Shown here: positions 16,917 through 25,901 of the stretch, in pieces | Position numbering within the stretch: position 1 is the first letter of the stretch | Layout of the letters: every line of letters begins with the position of its first letter | Assembly (NCBI GenBank): GCA_951812855.1 | Contig: OX638337.1 | Location: forward strand, 1 to 32,000 | Direction of reading: 5' to 3' | DNA: 32,000 bases | Source of the DNA: an uncultured Lentisphaeria bacterium | GTDB taxonomy: Bacteria; Verrucomicrobiota; Lentisphaeria; JABSQK01; JAJFLO01 | Notes under the pieces: model-generated | Database searches by the model: none | Seen by the model: only the letters and a program-made list of their open reading frames with translations | Told to the model about the DNA's origin: nothing | Program-made: the position numbers and the translations under genes

Positions 16917-18362
16917 TTAATGGAAAATTCCCTTTAGAATGAAGAAAAAAATCATTGCCAGTATTGCACCCGCAGGCACTGTCACAATCCACGATACAAT
17001 AATATCTCTTACGACACGTAAATTTAATGCACCCATACCGCGTGCCAATCCAACGCCAAGAACAGCACCGACCAATGTATGTGTTGTCGAAATTGGCAGT
17101 CCTAATCTCGATGCGATTACAATGGTGGTGGCTGCACCGAATTCTGCTGCGAAACCGCGAGTCGGAGTTAACTCAGTTATGCGTTTTCCTACCGTCTCTA
17201 TAACGCGCCAACCCCAGGTTGCCAATCCAATGACTATACCCAAACCGCCGAGTGCCAATATCCAGATTGGAACGACAGATTTCATTGCTACTGTTCCAGT
17301 ATTCAGAACATTTATGACAGCAGACAAAGGTCCAATGGCATTTGCCACATCGTTTGCACCATGGGCAAATGCAACAAAACATGCACTTAATATCTGTAGA
17401 TATATAAAAATTTTTTCGACGGTTTTATGTTCAACACTGTCTTCAGAATAACTCTTATTTTCATTCAGGGAATTAGAAAGACGGGTTACATCATCATATA
17501 AACGGGAAACCTCATTTTTTACGTTGCCTGAAGCGACGTTTTGAATTTTAGCCAGTTGTTTGAGTGCTTTCTTCAAGCTCACATCAATTTGTGGATGTAG
17601 TGATTCTGTTTTTCGATTCTGCTCATTTTCACTTTTGACTGCCTGTACAAGAATTTTACTTAATAATGCAGTAATTATTCCTGTAATTGAGGCACATATT
17701 AATGCCTGTTGAAATGACAAATCCAGATGGAGATTTTTCAGTCCCTTGAATACCAGAACCAGTGTTAGTATAAAAAAGACACAAAATACAAGTATGGGGG
17801 TGGCTTTTTTTGCGGCTCTTACTGGATCAGGAGCATATATAATTTTATGTCTGAGGATTGAAAAAATCAAAAATGAAATTGTTCCACTAAATAGCGGCGA
17901 AACAACCCAGCTTGCAACAATAGATGCCACTTTTCCCCAGTATATTGCCTGAAAACCTCCAACGACTGTTCCAAAACCTAAAATAGCTCCTACAATTGAA
18001 TGTGTTGTTGAAACCGGCCAGCCGTTGTATGATGCCAACTGCAGCCAAACAGCTGCAGCTAATAAGGCCGCAAGCATTCCATAAACAAAAATCAGGTGGT
18101 TGTTTTGAAATATTTCTGGATTAACAATGCCTTTTCTTACAGTTTTAGTTACATGTGATCCTACGAGGAAGGCACCTGAAAATTCCAGAACAGCAGCAAT
18201 AATTACGGCTTTTTTCAGCGTTAATGCCCCTGAGCCGACAGAGGTTCCCATGGCATTTGCGACATCGTTTGCACCAATATTCCATGCCATGTAGAAGCCA
18301 AAAATTAGTGCGATTGATAGTAGTACTGTTGAGGTTTCCACTATAGTGTTATTTTGATTCAA
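16917..18362 (-). CDS. pit: inorganic phosphate transporter, PiT family
   Basis: 481 aa, polytopic, with duplicated PiT signatures GANDVANAMGTSVGSGAL (N-terminal half) and GANDVANAIGPL (C-terminal half) separated by a hydrophilic loop. Confidence 0.9.
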   Translation of the reverse strand: MNQNNTIVETSTVLLSIALIFGFYMAWNIGANDVANAMGTSVGSGALTLKKAVIIAAVLEFSGAFLVGSHVTKTVRKGIVNPEIFQNNHLIFVYGMLAALLAAAVWLQLASYNGWPVSTTHSIVGAILGFGTVVGGFQAIYWGKVASIVASWVVSPLFSGTISFLIFSILRHKIIYAPDPVRAAKKATPILVFCVFFILTLVLVFKGLKNLHLDLSFQQALICASITGIITALLSKILVQAVKSENEQNRKTESLHPQIDVSLKKALKQLAKIQNVASGNVKNEVSRLYDDVTRLSNSLNENKSYSEDSVEHKTVEKIFIYLQILSACFVAFAHGANDVANAIGPLSAVINVLNTGTVAMKSVVPIWILALGGLGIVIGLATWGWRVIETVGKRITELTPTRGFAAEFGAATTIVIASRLGLPISTTHTLVGAVLGVGLARGMGALNLRVVRDIIVSWIVTVPAGAILAMIFFFILKGIFH

Positions 18363-19023
18363 GAGTCATACGGACTCGATTGGCAAGTTTTTCAGATAAA
18401 TCAGATAATGCACTGACAGCATCAATTATTTTCATCCAGAGAAAGAAGGAGCTATATGGCAATTCATTTTTAAGGGTAAATATTTTTTTAACTAATTTTC
18501 TCTTCATGACATCGGCCTCATGTTCATTGTATGCAACATGATCAATCATTCTTTTAACCTTTTCAGCTTCAGCACCGCCGAAGGAGGATTCCAGCAGTTC
18601 ATCTAACTGTTGAATTATATTGCGGGCACAGTGAAATGCTTCTACGTTTTTTGACAAAAAATTCCGGAAATCTGCACTGAATGCATCAAGAATTAAAATA
18701 TTTTCGAACGTGAGTAAGACCCCGATGTCTTCTGCTTTGTCAGCAATATCATCCTGCAATCCTAATATTTCGAGTATGTGACCTCGATCCACAGGTAAAA
18801 ACAAACCTTTGGGGAGATTGTTGCGAATGTCATTTTTTGTGAGATCTGCATCATGCTCCAGCTTACAAATTTTTTTGGAAATAGTTTCAACTTCCTGAAA
18901 ATTATTATCCAAAGCACCTGCGAATAATTCTTCTACTTTTTCTACGCATATGGATACCTTGTCCATATGTGCCTGGAGCGGGACGAAAGGAGAACGACCA
19001 AATAAATTAGCAATGGTACGCAT
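18349..19023 (-). CDS. DUF47/PhoU-like phosphate-transport accessory protein (TIGR00153-type)
   Basis: 224-aa helical protein starting MRTIANLFGRSPFVPLQAHMDKV..., a typical partner of Pit. It overlaps the pit start by 14 nt. Confidence 0.75.
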   Translation of the reverse strand: MRTIANLFGRSPFVPLQAHMDKVSICVEKVEELFAGALDNNFQEVETISKKICKLEHDADLTKNDIRNNLPKGLFLPVDRGHILEILGLQDDIADKAEDIGVLLTFENILILDAFSADFRNFLSKNVEAFHCARNIIQQLDELLESSFGGAEAEKVKRMIDHVAYNEHEADVMKRKLVKKIFTLKNELPYSSFFLWMKIIDAVSALSDLSEKLANRVRMTLESK

Positions 19024-19122
19024 GATAAGAGATAAAGTTCTGTAGGTTCCTCAGTTAAAAAATGTGTGTAATCACAGGGAGTTTAATGAAGCTGAATTAA
19101 AATACAATCTCATTTTTTGAAA

Positions 19123-19623
19123 TTATGTGGATGCATCACCACGGGCCATAATTATCTTGCCGGTTCTGACCATTTCTAAGATTTTGTATTTTGCCATAAT
19201 TGTATGAAGTGCGTCAAGCTTGTCAGAGTTACCTGTTACTTGCAGCATTAGAGTATTTCCTGAGATATCTACAGTCTGACACTTAAAATGTTCTGAAATT
19301 TGCAATATTTCCGTTCTTTGTTCTATTGAACACTCAACTTTAATAAGAGCAAGTTCCTTTTCTACCACGATTTCTCCTGTATGATCAGTGGCATGCAGTA
19401 CATCGACAAGTTTGTTAAGCTGCTTGATAATTTGTTCCAATATTTTTGCTTTGCCGCTGGCGGTTATGCTCATACGCGAAAAATGTTGATCACGGGATGG
19501 CGATACCACCAGGCTGTCGATGTTATAACCTCTTCTGGCAAATACTAATGCAATTCTTATTAAAACGCCTGGTTTATTATTTACAAATAAGCTGATAGAA
19601 TGGGAATTGTTCTTATTATTCAT
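19123..19623 (-). CDS. ilvN: acetolactate synthase small (regulatory) subunit
   Basis: 166 aa with an ACT-domain start (HSISLFVNNKPGVLIRIALVFARRGYNIDSLVV). It lies immediately downstream of ilvB (2-nt gap). Confidence 0.9.
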   Translation of the reverse strand: MNNKNNSHSISLFVNNKPGVLIRIALVFARRGYNIDSLVVSPSRDQHFSRMSITASGKAKILEQIIKQLNKLVDVLHATDHTGEIVVEKELALIKVECSIEQRTEILQISEHFKCQTVDISGNTLMLQVTGNSDKLDALHTIMAKYKILEMVRTGKIIMARGDAST

Positions 19624-19625
19624 AA

Positions 19626-21341
19626 TTATGTGCTTCCTACGGGTTTATCCATTTTTTTCCTGGGACGTTCTAAAACCATACTATCATAGGTTGCTCCCGA
19701 AGGGATCATTGGGAATACATTGTCTTCTTTTTCAACTTCTGCTTCAATAATACAGGGACCTTCATTATAATTGATTGCGTCAGTTAAAATTCGAGTGACG
19801 TCCGCATTGCGTTTTATTCTGAATCCTTTGGCGTGATAAGCCTCTGCAAGTTTTACGAAATCAGGATTCCCTGCCAGGTCAACCCCTGAATATCTATTGT
19901 CAAAGAATAAGGCTTGCCATTGCCGCACCATTCCCAGATATTTATTATTTATTATTAAAATTTTAATTGGGAGTTTGTTGAGAACTGCTGTGACGAGTTC
20001 AGCACTGGTCATCTGAAATCCTCCATCACCAACAACAGCGACTACCAATTTATCCGGGTGGGCAAGTTGAGCACCAATTGCGGCGGGAAAACCAAAGCCC
20101 ATTGTACCGGCACCACCACTGGAAAGCCAATTATATCGGCCTGTAGTTTTGCAAAATTGCGCTGCCCACATTTGATGTTGTCCAACATCGGTTGAAATTA
20201 TTGCATCACTTTTGGTTAACCGATTGAGCTCATCAAGTACATATTGAGCTTTTAGACCGCCTTTTTTTAAATATTTAAGCGGGAACTTCTTTTTCCATTT
20301 TTCTATCTGTGCCAGCCAATCATTTGTATCACCAGGTTGTGCCATTGTGTTTAGCTCTTCAATAACCAAACGGGCATCACCTAATATACTGCAGTCAGGG
20401 ATAATCATTTTATTAAATTCAGCCGGATCTATATCGACATGTATTTTTTTTGCATTTTTGCAGAATTCATCCGTTTTTCCAAGTATCCTATCGTCCCATC
20501 GTGATCCAATTGACATAATCAAATCACAATTCAAAACTGCCATATTGGCATAGGCTGTTCCGTGCATACCAAGCATGCCCATGCTTAGTATGTGGTTTTC
20601 TGAAAATGCACCTTTGCCTAAAAGGGTATTGGTGACAGGAATCTGCATTTGTTCCGCCAGTGCTTTTACAGCTTTTCCTGCATCTGAAATGATTGCACCA
20701 TGCCCCACCAGCAACACAGGTTTTTTGGCTTTGTTTAACATATCAGCTGCTTCGGCAATTCTTGCTGAATCACCGTGAATGGGAATAGTGTATCCGGGAA
20801 TTTGCATATCTATATTGTAATCAGGCTGGAACCTGGTTACAGCAATATCTTTTGGCACATCGATAAGTACAGGGCCAGGCCTTCCCGATTCTGCAATATA
20901 AAAGGCTTCTTTCATTATCCTTGGAATGTCGTTGGCGTTCTTTATTAAATAGGAATGTTTAACAACTGGAAAAGAGATACCTGACACATCTGCTTCCTGA
21001 AATGCATCAAGTCCCAGATTGGGTGTGATTGTTTGTCCGCAGATCACAACTAATGGCACAGAATCCATTTGAGCTGTCAGAATTCCGGTAATCGTATTTG
21101 TTGCACCCGGGCCTGATGTAACTAAAACAACTCCGGCTTTGCCTGTTGATCGGGCGTATCCATCCGCCATATGGGACGCACCTTGTTCGTGCCGGACAAG
21201 AATTAATTTAATCGGTGAATCAAGCAGTGCATCAAAAATCGGCATATTGGCTCCACCTGGATAGCCGAAGATAAATTCGACATCATTTTGTTGAAGGCTA
21301 TCAATAATTGCCTGTGCACCATCTCTAATTTTTGTTGCCAT
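19626..21341 (-). CDS. ilvB: acetolactate synthase large (catalytic) subunit, ThDP-dependent
   Basis: 571 aa with GYPGGANMPIFDAL, HEQGASHMADGYAR, TSGPGATN and the ThDP motif GDGGFQMTSAEL...NN. Confidence 0.95.
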   Translation of the reverse strand: MATKIRDGAQAIIDSLQQNDVEFIFGYPGGANMPIFDALLDSPIKLILVRHEQGASHMADGYARSTGKAGVVLVTSGPGATNTITGILTAQMDSVPLVVICGQTITPNLGLDAFQEADVSGISFPVVKHSYLIKNANDIPRIMKEAFYIAESGRPGPVLIDVPKDIAVTRFQPDYNIDMQIPGYTIPIHGDSARIAEAADMLNKAKKPVLLVGHGAIISDAGKAVKALAEQMQIPVTNTLLGKGAFSENHILSMGMLGMHGTAYANMAVLNCDLIMSIGSRWDDRILGKTDEFCKNAKKIHVDIDPAEFNKMIIPDCSILGDARLVIEELNTMAQPGDTNDWLAQIEKWKKKFPLKYLKKGGLKAQYVLDELNRLTKSDAIISTDVGQHQMWAAQFCKTTGRYNWLSSGGAGTMGFGFPAAIGAQLAHPDKLVVAVVGDGGFQMTSAELVTAVLNKLPIKILIINNKYLGMVRQWQALFFDNRYSGVDLAGNPDFVKLAEAYHAKGFRIKRNADVTRILTDAINYNEGPCIIEAEVEKEDNVFPMIPSGATYDSMVLERPRKKMDKPVGST

Positions 21342-21684
21342 TAAATTCCCTTTTCATTTCATAAGAGTCGATTTTTTGTCAAAAACATATAAAAGATTTG
21401 TCTATAAAAATATAATTGAGTGAATTATTGCATATTTATATAAAAAAAACAAGATTAAATAAATTTAAAATTAGATACTTGCGGATTTAAATGCAATAAA
21501 AGTATATTTTTTCTTCATATAGAATTGAATTTTTAATATTTTTACCATTTTTTGTGCAAAAATAGACAAGATTGAAATTTATCTTTTTATATATTATGGT
21601 ATTTTGCTGATATTGGGTCTGTTTCCTGGAGGTTTTGGTATTTTTATTTGCCGATACTCAGTAAATGGACGGTTATTGTAGGTT

Positions 21685-22437
21685 ATGATTGAAAAAAGCG
21701 GGGTTGTTATGGTTTATTCGGAAGGCAGTAATAAGGGTTATTTAATCTCGGAATTACCTGAAAATGAAAGACCAAGGGAACGGTTGTTAAATTATGGATG
21801 TGATGCGTTATCAAATATTGAACTCTTAGCAATTATTCTGAGAACGGGTCCGAGGGGAAAGTCAACTTTGGATTTGGCAAGAGAATTACTAAACTATTTT
21901 AAGGGGAATTTGGTTGAGCTTTCAACAGCAACTCCAACAACCCTGTCGACAATTAAAGGTATAGGTAAAGCAAAATCAGCTGAATTAAAAGCGACGTTTG
22001 CTCTTGCTTCACGAATGGCTAAGCAAATCGCTGTAGACAAGCAGAAAATAGGGGATCCGAAGGAGGCCGCAGATTTTTTCCGGGAATTTTTTCGAGGCAA
22101 AAAACAGGAAGAACTGAGAGTTTTACTGCTAAATACTAAAAATATCATTATCCATGAAGAACTCGTAACAAGGGGACTGTTGGATAGAAGTCCTATACAT
22201 GCAAGGGAAATATTTCGAACAGCGATTCAACATTCTGCGGCAAAGATAATATTGGCGCATAATCATCCATCCGGTGATCCGTCTCCTTCAAAGCAGGATA
22301 TTTCCATTACAAAAGCACTCATTCAAGCCGGGAAAATAATTGGAATTGAGGTTGTCGACCATGTTATCATAGGGTTAAAAACTACCAATCGAGATTGTGA
22401 TTACTTCAGTTTATGTGAAAATGGTATGATGGATTGA
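21685..22437 (+). CDS. radC: RadC-like JAB/MPN domain protein (UPF0758)
   Basis: PENERPRERLLNYG..LSNIELLAIILRTG, an HhH-like segment, and the JAMM motif ILAHNHPSGDPSPSKQD. The true start may be the ATG at 21709. Confidence 0.85.
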   Translation: MIEKSGVVMVYSEGSNKGYLISELPENERPRERLLNYGCDALSNIELLAIILRTGPRGKSTLDLARELLNYFKGNLVELSTATPTTLSTIKGIGKAKSAELKATFALASRMAKQIAVDKQKIGDPKEAADFFREFFRGKKQEELRVLLLNTKNIIIHEELVTRGLLDRSPIHAREIFRTAIQHSAAKIILAHNHPSGDPSPSKQDISITKALIQAGKIIGIEVVDHVIIGLKTTNRDCDYFSLCENGMMD

Positions 22438-22552
22438 TAAGTTTTGGAATTGGAAATACCTTAATTTAGTGATCATTCGTATAATGGTTTCCCAGCTTTT
22501 TACTGATAAATCGGCAGTTTTTGATTTAGTCATTCAGGTAACATTGATATTA

Positions 22553-22628
22553 GTCCCCACCGTCCAGAGGTCCCGGACACCGGGTTCTCATCCCGGCAGC
22601 ACCGGTTCAAATCCGGTTGGGGATACCA
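22553..22628 (+). tRNA. tRNA-Glu (anticodon CUC), CCA encoded
   Basis: The cloverleaf folds by hand: acceptor GTCCCCA/TGGGGAT (G1-U72 wobble), D arm GTCC-AGAGGTCCC-GGAC, anticodon arm CCGGG-TTCTCAT-CCCGG, T arm ACCGG-TTCAAAT-CCGGT, then A-CCA. Position 8 is C rather than the usual U. Confidence 0.85.
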
Positions 22629-22720
22629 AATAGTGATGGCTAAACTTTTATACCTTACCCGGCACACTGTTACAAAAATAAACCGAACCCAAAACATTAC
22701 AGGTCATTAATTAATTGAAC

Positions 22721-23248
22721 ATGTCTAAACATATTATTATCATTGGCTTCGCATCATGTGGAAAATCTCTAATTGGAAAATTACTCGCAAATTCATTAGA
22801 CTGGGAATTTTTTGATACAGACGAGTTAATTGGGCATGAATTTTTTAAACGTTCAAACACGCGGTTGAGTTGTAGGGGAATATATAAATCGATTGGAGAA
22901 GATCTGTTTAGAGAATTGGAAACGGATATCCTCAAGAATCTTAGATTAACTAAATCAGCAGTAATATCAACAGGCGGCGGCAGTCCGTTGTCTGCAGAGA
23001 ATCAACGGTTATTAAAAGATATAGGATGGGTTGTTTATCTAAAGGGGACATCTGAAATCATATTCGATCGGATGAAGGAAAAAGGGTTACCTGCATTTCT
23101 CGAATCAAATTCAACGGTTGACGGAGTTTCAAAGATATTAGCTGAAAGAGATCCAGTCTATAGTCAGATTGCGGATTATTGGATTGATACTTCTGAAATG
23201 ACTCCTGATAATATTGTTTGTGAAATTAGAAATAAACTCTCACTATAG
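22721..23248 (+). CDS. aroK: shikimate kinase
   Basis: P-loop IIIIGFASCGKSLIGK, the DTD motif (FFDTDELI) and the GGG motif (ISTGGGSPL). Start placed at ATG 22721. Confidence 0.8.
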   Translation: MSKHIIIIGFASCGKSLIGKLLANSLDWEFFDTDELIGHEFFKRSNTRLSCRGIYKSIGEDLFRELETDILKNLRLTKSAVISTGGGSPLSAENQRLLKDIGWVVYLKGTSEIIFDRMKEKGLPAFLESNSTVDGVSKILAERDPVYSQIADYWIDTSEMTPDNIVCEIRNKLSL

Positions 23249-23321
23249 TTAATGCGAAGTCACATCGTCTCTATGATCCACCATTATTTGTTAAAATTAA
23301 GTGTATTTGACGGCAGTATTA

Positions 23322-23690
23322 ATGAATATGAATTATAAGCAGATAGCAGATTTACTTGTAGAATTACCCGTCTCTCCAGAAGGCCGATGTTCCTATTTCA
23401 CTGAAAAACGAAGTCAAGCAAAGGCATTTAAACTATCTGGTGATATTAGTCCGGAAATATTTGAGAAATTATTAAATTTAGGTTATCGGCGCTGCGGAAA
23501 TCTTTATTATCAACAGAATTGCTCAGGGTGTAATTTGTGTATTTGTTTTCGAATTGAAACGAATACTTTTACCATGACAAAGTTACAAAAACATGTCTTG
23601 AAAAGGAACAAAGATGTGGTTTGTACAACTGGCATGCCGAATCCAACTCCAATAAAGGAAAAAATTTACTTAAAGTATCAATATCATTAA
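23322..23690 (+). pseudogene. bpt: aspartate/glutamate leucyltransferase / arginyl-tRNA-protein transferase family (Bpt), N-terminal half only
   Basis: The ATE_N-type pattern CSYFTEKRSQAKAF...LLNLGYRRCGNLYYQQNCSGCNLCICFRIETNTFTMTKLQKHVLKRNKD is present. The ORF stops about 120 aa in, whereas the family is about 240 aa. I recognise no C-terminal domain in any downstream frame. Confidence 0.65.
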
Positions 23691-24146
23691 CATTATATGA
23701 AGGACTTTTAATCAGGCAGCACGATAAAAAAATTTGATCGTCATGAAAATTAATAAACAATGTTGTGGAATTTCAATTTATCAGATATCGACGCCTATAT
23801 CAGTTGCTAATTTATTGATGTTATTTTTCTTTTCCGGAATCAAATCACGTCTCTTTTTCATTATTTTTACACACTCCGCCTTACCCCAATCGGTATAATT
23901 GATGACCCGTGCAGCCTGTTGATTTACGGTTAACCGGTATTGAAAGCCGGATGCTGTCCAACTGTCCGGAACAATTTCTGATATGGATAATGTGATGATA
24001 AATGAAAGTATAGTCGCCGGATATTCCAGTTAACCACACCTCCAGTTTTTAACAGTCTTAATCAAATTGAACCACAGGCGGCACGTGCCGATTCAGTTCC
24101 AGCCAACGCAACAGCACGCATTTTCCGGAGCAATATGCAGGCACAT

Positions 24147-24346
24147 GCAGCCGATGATGATCATTGCCTCCATTAAAATCAATGTTAATATCACGATGTT
24201 TAACACGTTGAAAATTTGGTAAACAGCGGGTACATTTACATTTTGTCACCTGAAGTCTTCTTTCTTATTGAATTTATAATTATTTTACTGACAATAAGTC
24301 AGTCTAACTTCAGGTTTTAAGAAGCTGTATATCGTGAAATTTCCGG
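24147..24346. repeat. copy 2 of the ~200-bp duplicated module, ending about 50 nt upstream of the NERD gene start
   Basis: See copy 1. Inverted repeat ACCTGAAGTC (24248-24257) / ACTTCAGGT (24307-24315). Promoter-like TTGAAT (24268-24273) - 16 nt - GACAAT (24290-24295). Weaker similarity extends leftwards (caaattgaacca at 24063-24074 versus caaatggaacca at 16306-16317). Confidence 0.9.
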
Positions 24347-24398
24347 CTTGGCAGCGTTTCCGTGCAAGCCGTTATCAAGGAGGTCCTATTGCCGGGCA

Positions 24399-25487
24399 AT
24401 GTGTATCGTAGAGGGACAAATAGAGACGTTAAGAACGCTAAAGGATGCTTTGAAGGCAGAAGGCATCACCAGGTTTAGCTCCATTGGTGATATCGACCGA
24501 TTTAAAAAGTATTTTGAGTTTGAGAAAAAGCAGCTTGAGGTCAGAACACAAAGAAGTTTTGACGCAGAGACCCGAGAAATGGGGGAAATACTTCACGGGG
24601 AGCAGTGCAAGTTCGCTGAGCTAAAGATGAATGTGCACAATGAGGTAAAGGGGGAGGTGAGCCGGCTCGAGGATGAGGTAAAGCAACTTGGTGAAACTGG
24701 CAGCTTGAATCCCATTTTGAGGTTTTTCCGGAAATTCAAGATCAGACGATTGGTCCGCCGCAAAGACAGGATCGAAGGCGATATTGACGGCATCGTTCAG
24801 AAAAAGATTCATTCTGCAGAAACCAGGGTAACCAGGCTGAGACGTGAACTTGATAATCGCATCCAGGGAAGAAAAAAGCTGCTTGCCGGACGTTGCAGAA
24901 AACCTTTGGCGGACCTGAACCGCACGAAGGAAGTTGTCGACGGACTTTACCCGCTGATTGCTGGTGCGATAGGCGAGAACGCCGTTATGAATGAGGTTCG
25001 GCGTTTGCCGGATGATCACTATCTAATCAACGACTTCTCGATGCGGTTCAATCCGCCGATCTACAATAAGAAGGAAGGCGATCGAATACAAAGCATTCAA
25101 ATAGATCACCTTTTAGTTTGTCCTTCGGGCATTTTTATTCTCGAAACGAAGAACTGGAGCAAGTCTTCGATCAGGAGCATGGACCTTCGATCTCCCGTTC
25201 AGCAAGTGTTGAGAACGAATTTCGCACTGTTTGTAGTTCTCAACAGCGACAGGAGAGACGAGAGCGTGCAGCTCAGTTGGCATAAGTGGGGGGAGACTAA
25301 GATACCGGTCAGAAACGTGGTCGTGATGATCAACGAGAAGCCAAACCGGGAGTTCAAGCATGTAAAGGTCCTCTCGTTGAACAAACTGATCGACCACATA
25401 AAATACTTCGACCGTATTTTCAGTGATGAAGAGGTTAGAAGCATCTTTGAATTTCTTAGAGCACGGAACCTGTACGGGGGGAGGTAG
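24399..25487 (+). CDS. NERD (nuclease-related domain) protein with a long N-terminal coiled-coil region
   Basis: The C-terminal half carries the NERD pattern GAIGENAVMNEVRRLPDDHYLINDFSM...IQSIQIDHLLVCPSGIFILETKNW. The N-terminal ~190 aa are charged heptad-like sequence (EKKQLEVRTQRSFDAETREM...VSRLEDEVKQL...RVTRLRRELDNR). An AAGGAGG lies at 24377-24383; start is ATG 24399, or possibly TTG 24348. The gene is visibly more GC-rich than its neighbours. Confidence 0.8.
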   Translation: MCIVEGQIETLRTLKDALKAEGITRFSSIGDIDRFKKYFEFEKKQLEVRTQRSFDAETREMGEILHGEQCKFAELKMNVHNEVKGEVSRLEDEVKQLGETGSLNPILRFFRKFKIRRLVRRKDRIEGDIDGIVQKKIHSAETRVTRLRRELDNRIQGRKKLLAGRCRKPLADLNRTKEVVDGLYPLIAGAIGENAVMNEVRRLPDDHYLINDFSMRFNPPIYNKKEGDRIQSIQIDHLLVCPSGIFILETKNWSKSSIRSMDLRSPVQQVLRTNFALFVVLNSDRRDESVQLSWHKWGETKIPVRNVVVMINEKPNREFKHVKVLSLNKLIDHIKYFDRIFSDEEVRSIFEFLRARNLYGGR

Positions 25488-25665
25488 TATACAATTTCAT
25501 TTTTGGCCGATTCGGATTCACAAAAGAGCAGATTCTCTGTCTTGCATATACCGGTTTTGTATATTGCCTGACATTTTTAGAGCAAACAGGGGATGATCGG
25601 AGGATTGAGGGCATAATCTGAAATTGGGTATTTTATACAAATAGATTCAGCTATAACTGAATGAT

Positions 25666-25740
25666 TGGCAGGCGGTGAGGGATTCGAACCCCCATCATCT
25701 GGTTCGAAGCCAGAGATTCTATCCATTGAACTAACCGCCC
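25666..25740 (-). tRNA. tRNA-Arg (anticodon UCG), CCA encoded
   Basis: The reverse complement folds: acceptor GGGCGGT/ACCGCCT (G1-U72), D arm GTTC-AATGGATA-GAAT, anticodon arm TCTGG-CTTCGAA-CCAGA, T arm GGGGG-TTCGAAT-CCCTC, then G-CCA. Confidence 0.85.
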
Positions 25741-25757
25741 GGATTTGGTTAATCTAA

Positions 25758-25785
25758 AGTTTAGATGGCCAATAAAAATTGTCAA
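25758..25785 (-). promoter_or_regulatory. sigma70-type promoter for tRNA-Arg
   Basis: The minus strand reads TTGACA (25785-25780) - 16 nt - TAAACT (25763-25758). The -10 element ends 17 nt before the mature tRNA 5' end. Confidence 0.5.
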
Positions 25786-25901
25786 TCCTGTTTCCTATAT
25801 CATAGGTCTTACTCCTGATTCTTAATCTTTCCCTATTCCTAATCATATTCCTAATCTTACTTTTAATCCCATGACCTTACCCCGAAATAGAGGATCACAC
25901 C

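Noticed and set aside
21342-21684. Very AT-rich region upstream of ilvB, examined for an Ile/Val/Leu-rich leader peptide or T-box.
   Set aside because: The only small ORF (MKKKYTFIAFKSASI*) is not enriched in regulatory codons, and no T-box specifier or antiterminator sequence was seen.
23781-23861. 26-codon minus-strand ORF MKKRRDLIPEKKNNINKLATDIGVDI* resembling the start of an IS3-family OrfA.
   Set aside because: It is too short and too weakly similar to annotate as a feature. It is mentioned only as context for the decayed island.
24058-24249. 63-codon Cys-rich ORF (MTKCKCTRCLPNF...CSGKC...) on the minus strand of repeat copy 2, considered as a real small zinc-ribbon gene.
   Set aside because: It has a GTG start with no separate Shine-Dalgarno sequence and no family I recognise. 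The copy-1 homologue is frame-broken and diverges after about 32 codons. It is reported only within the repeat finding.
25599-25614. ggaggattgagggcat resembles part of the tRNA-Arg 3' half (ggcggtgagggat), considered as an att-site direct repeat.
   Set aside because: It is only about 50 bp from the tRNA, too close to delimit an island. It is a short, imperfect match, and no integrase is present.
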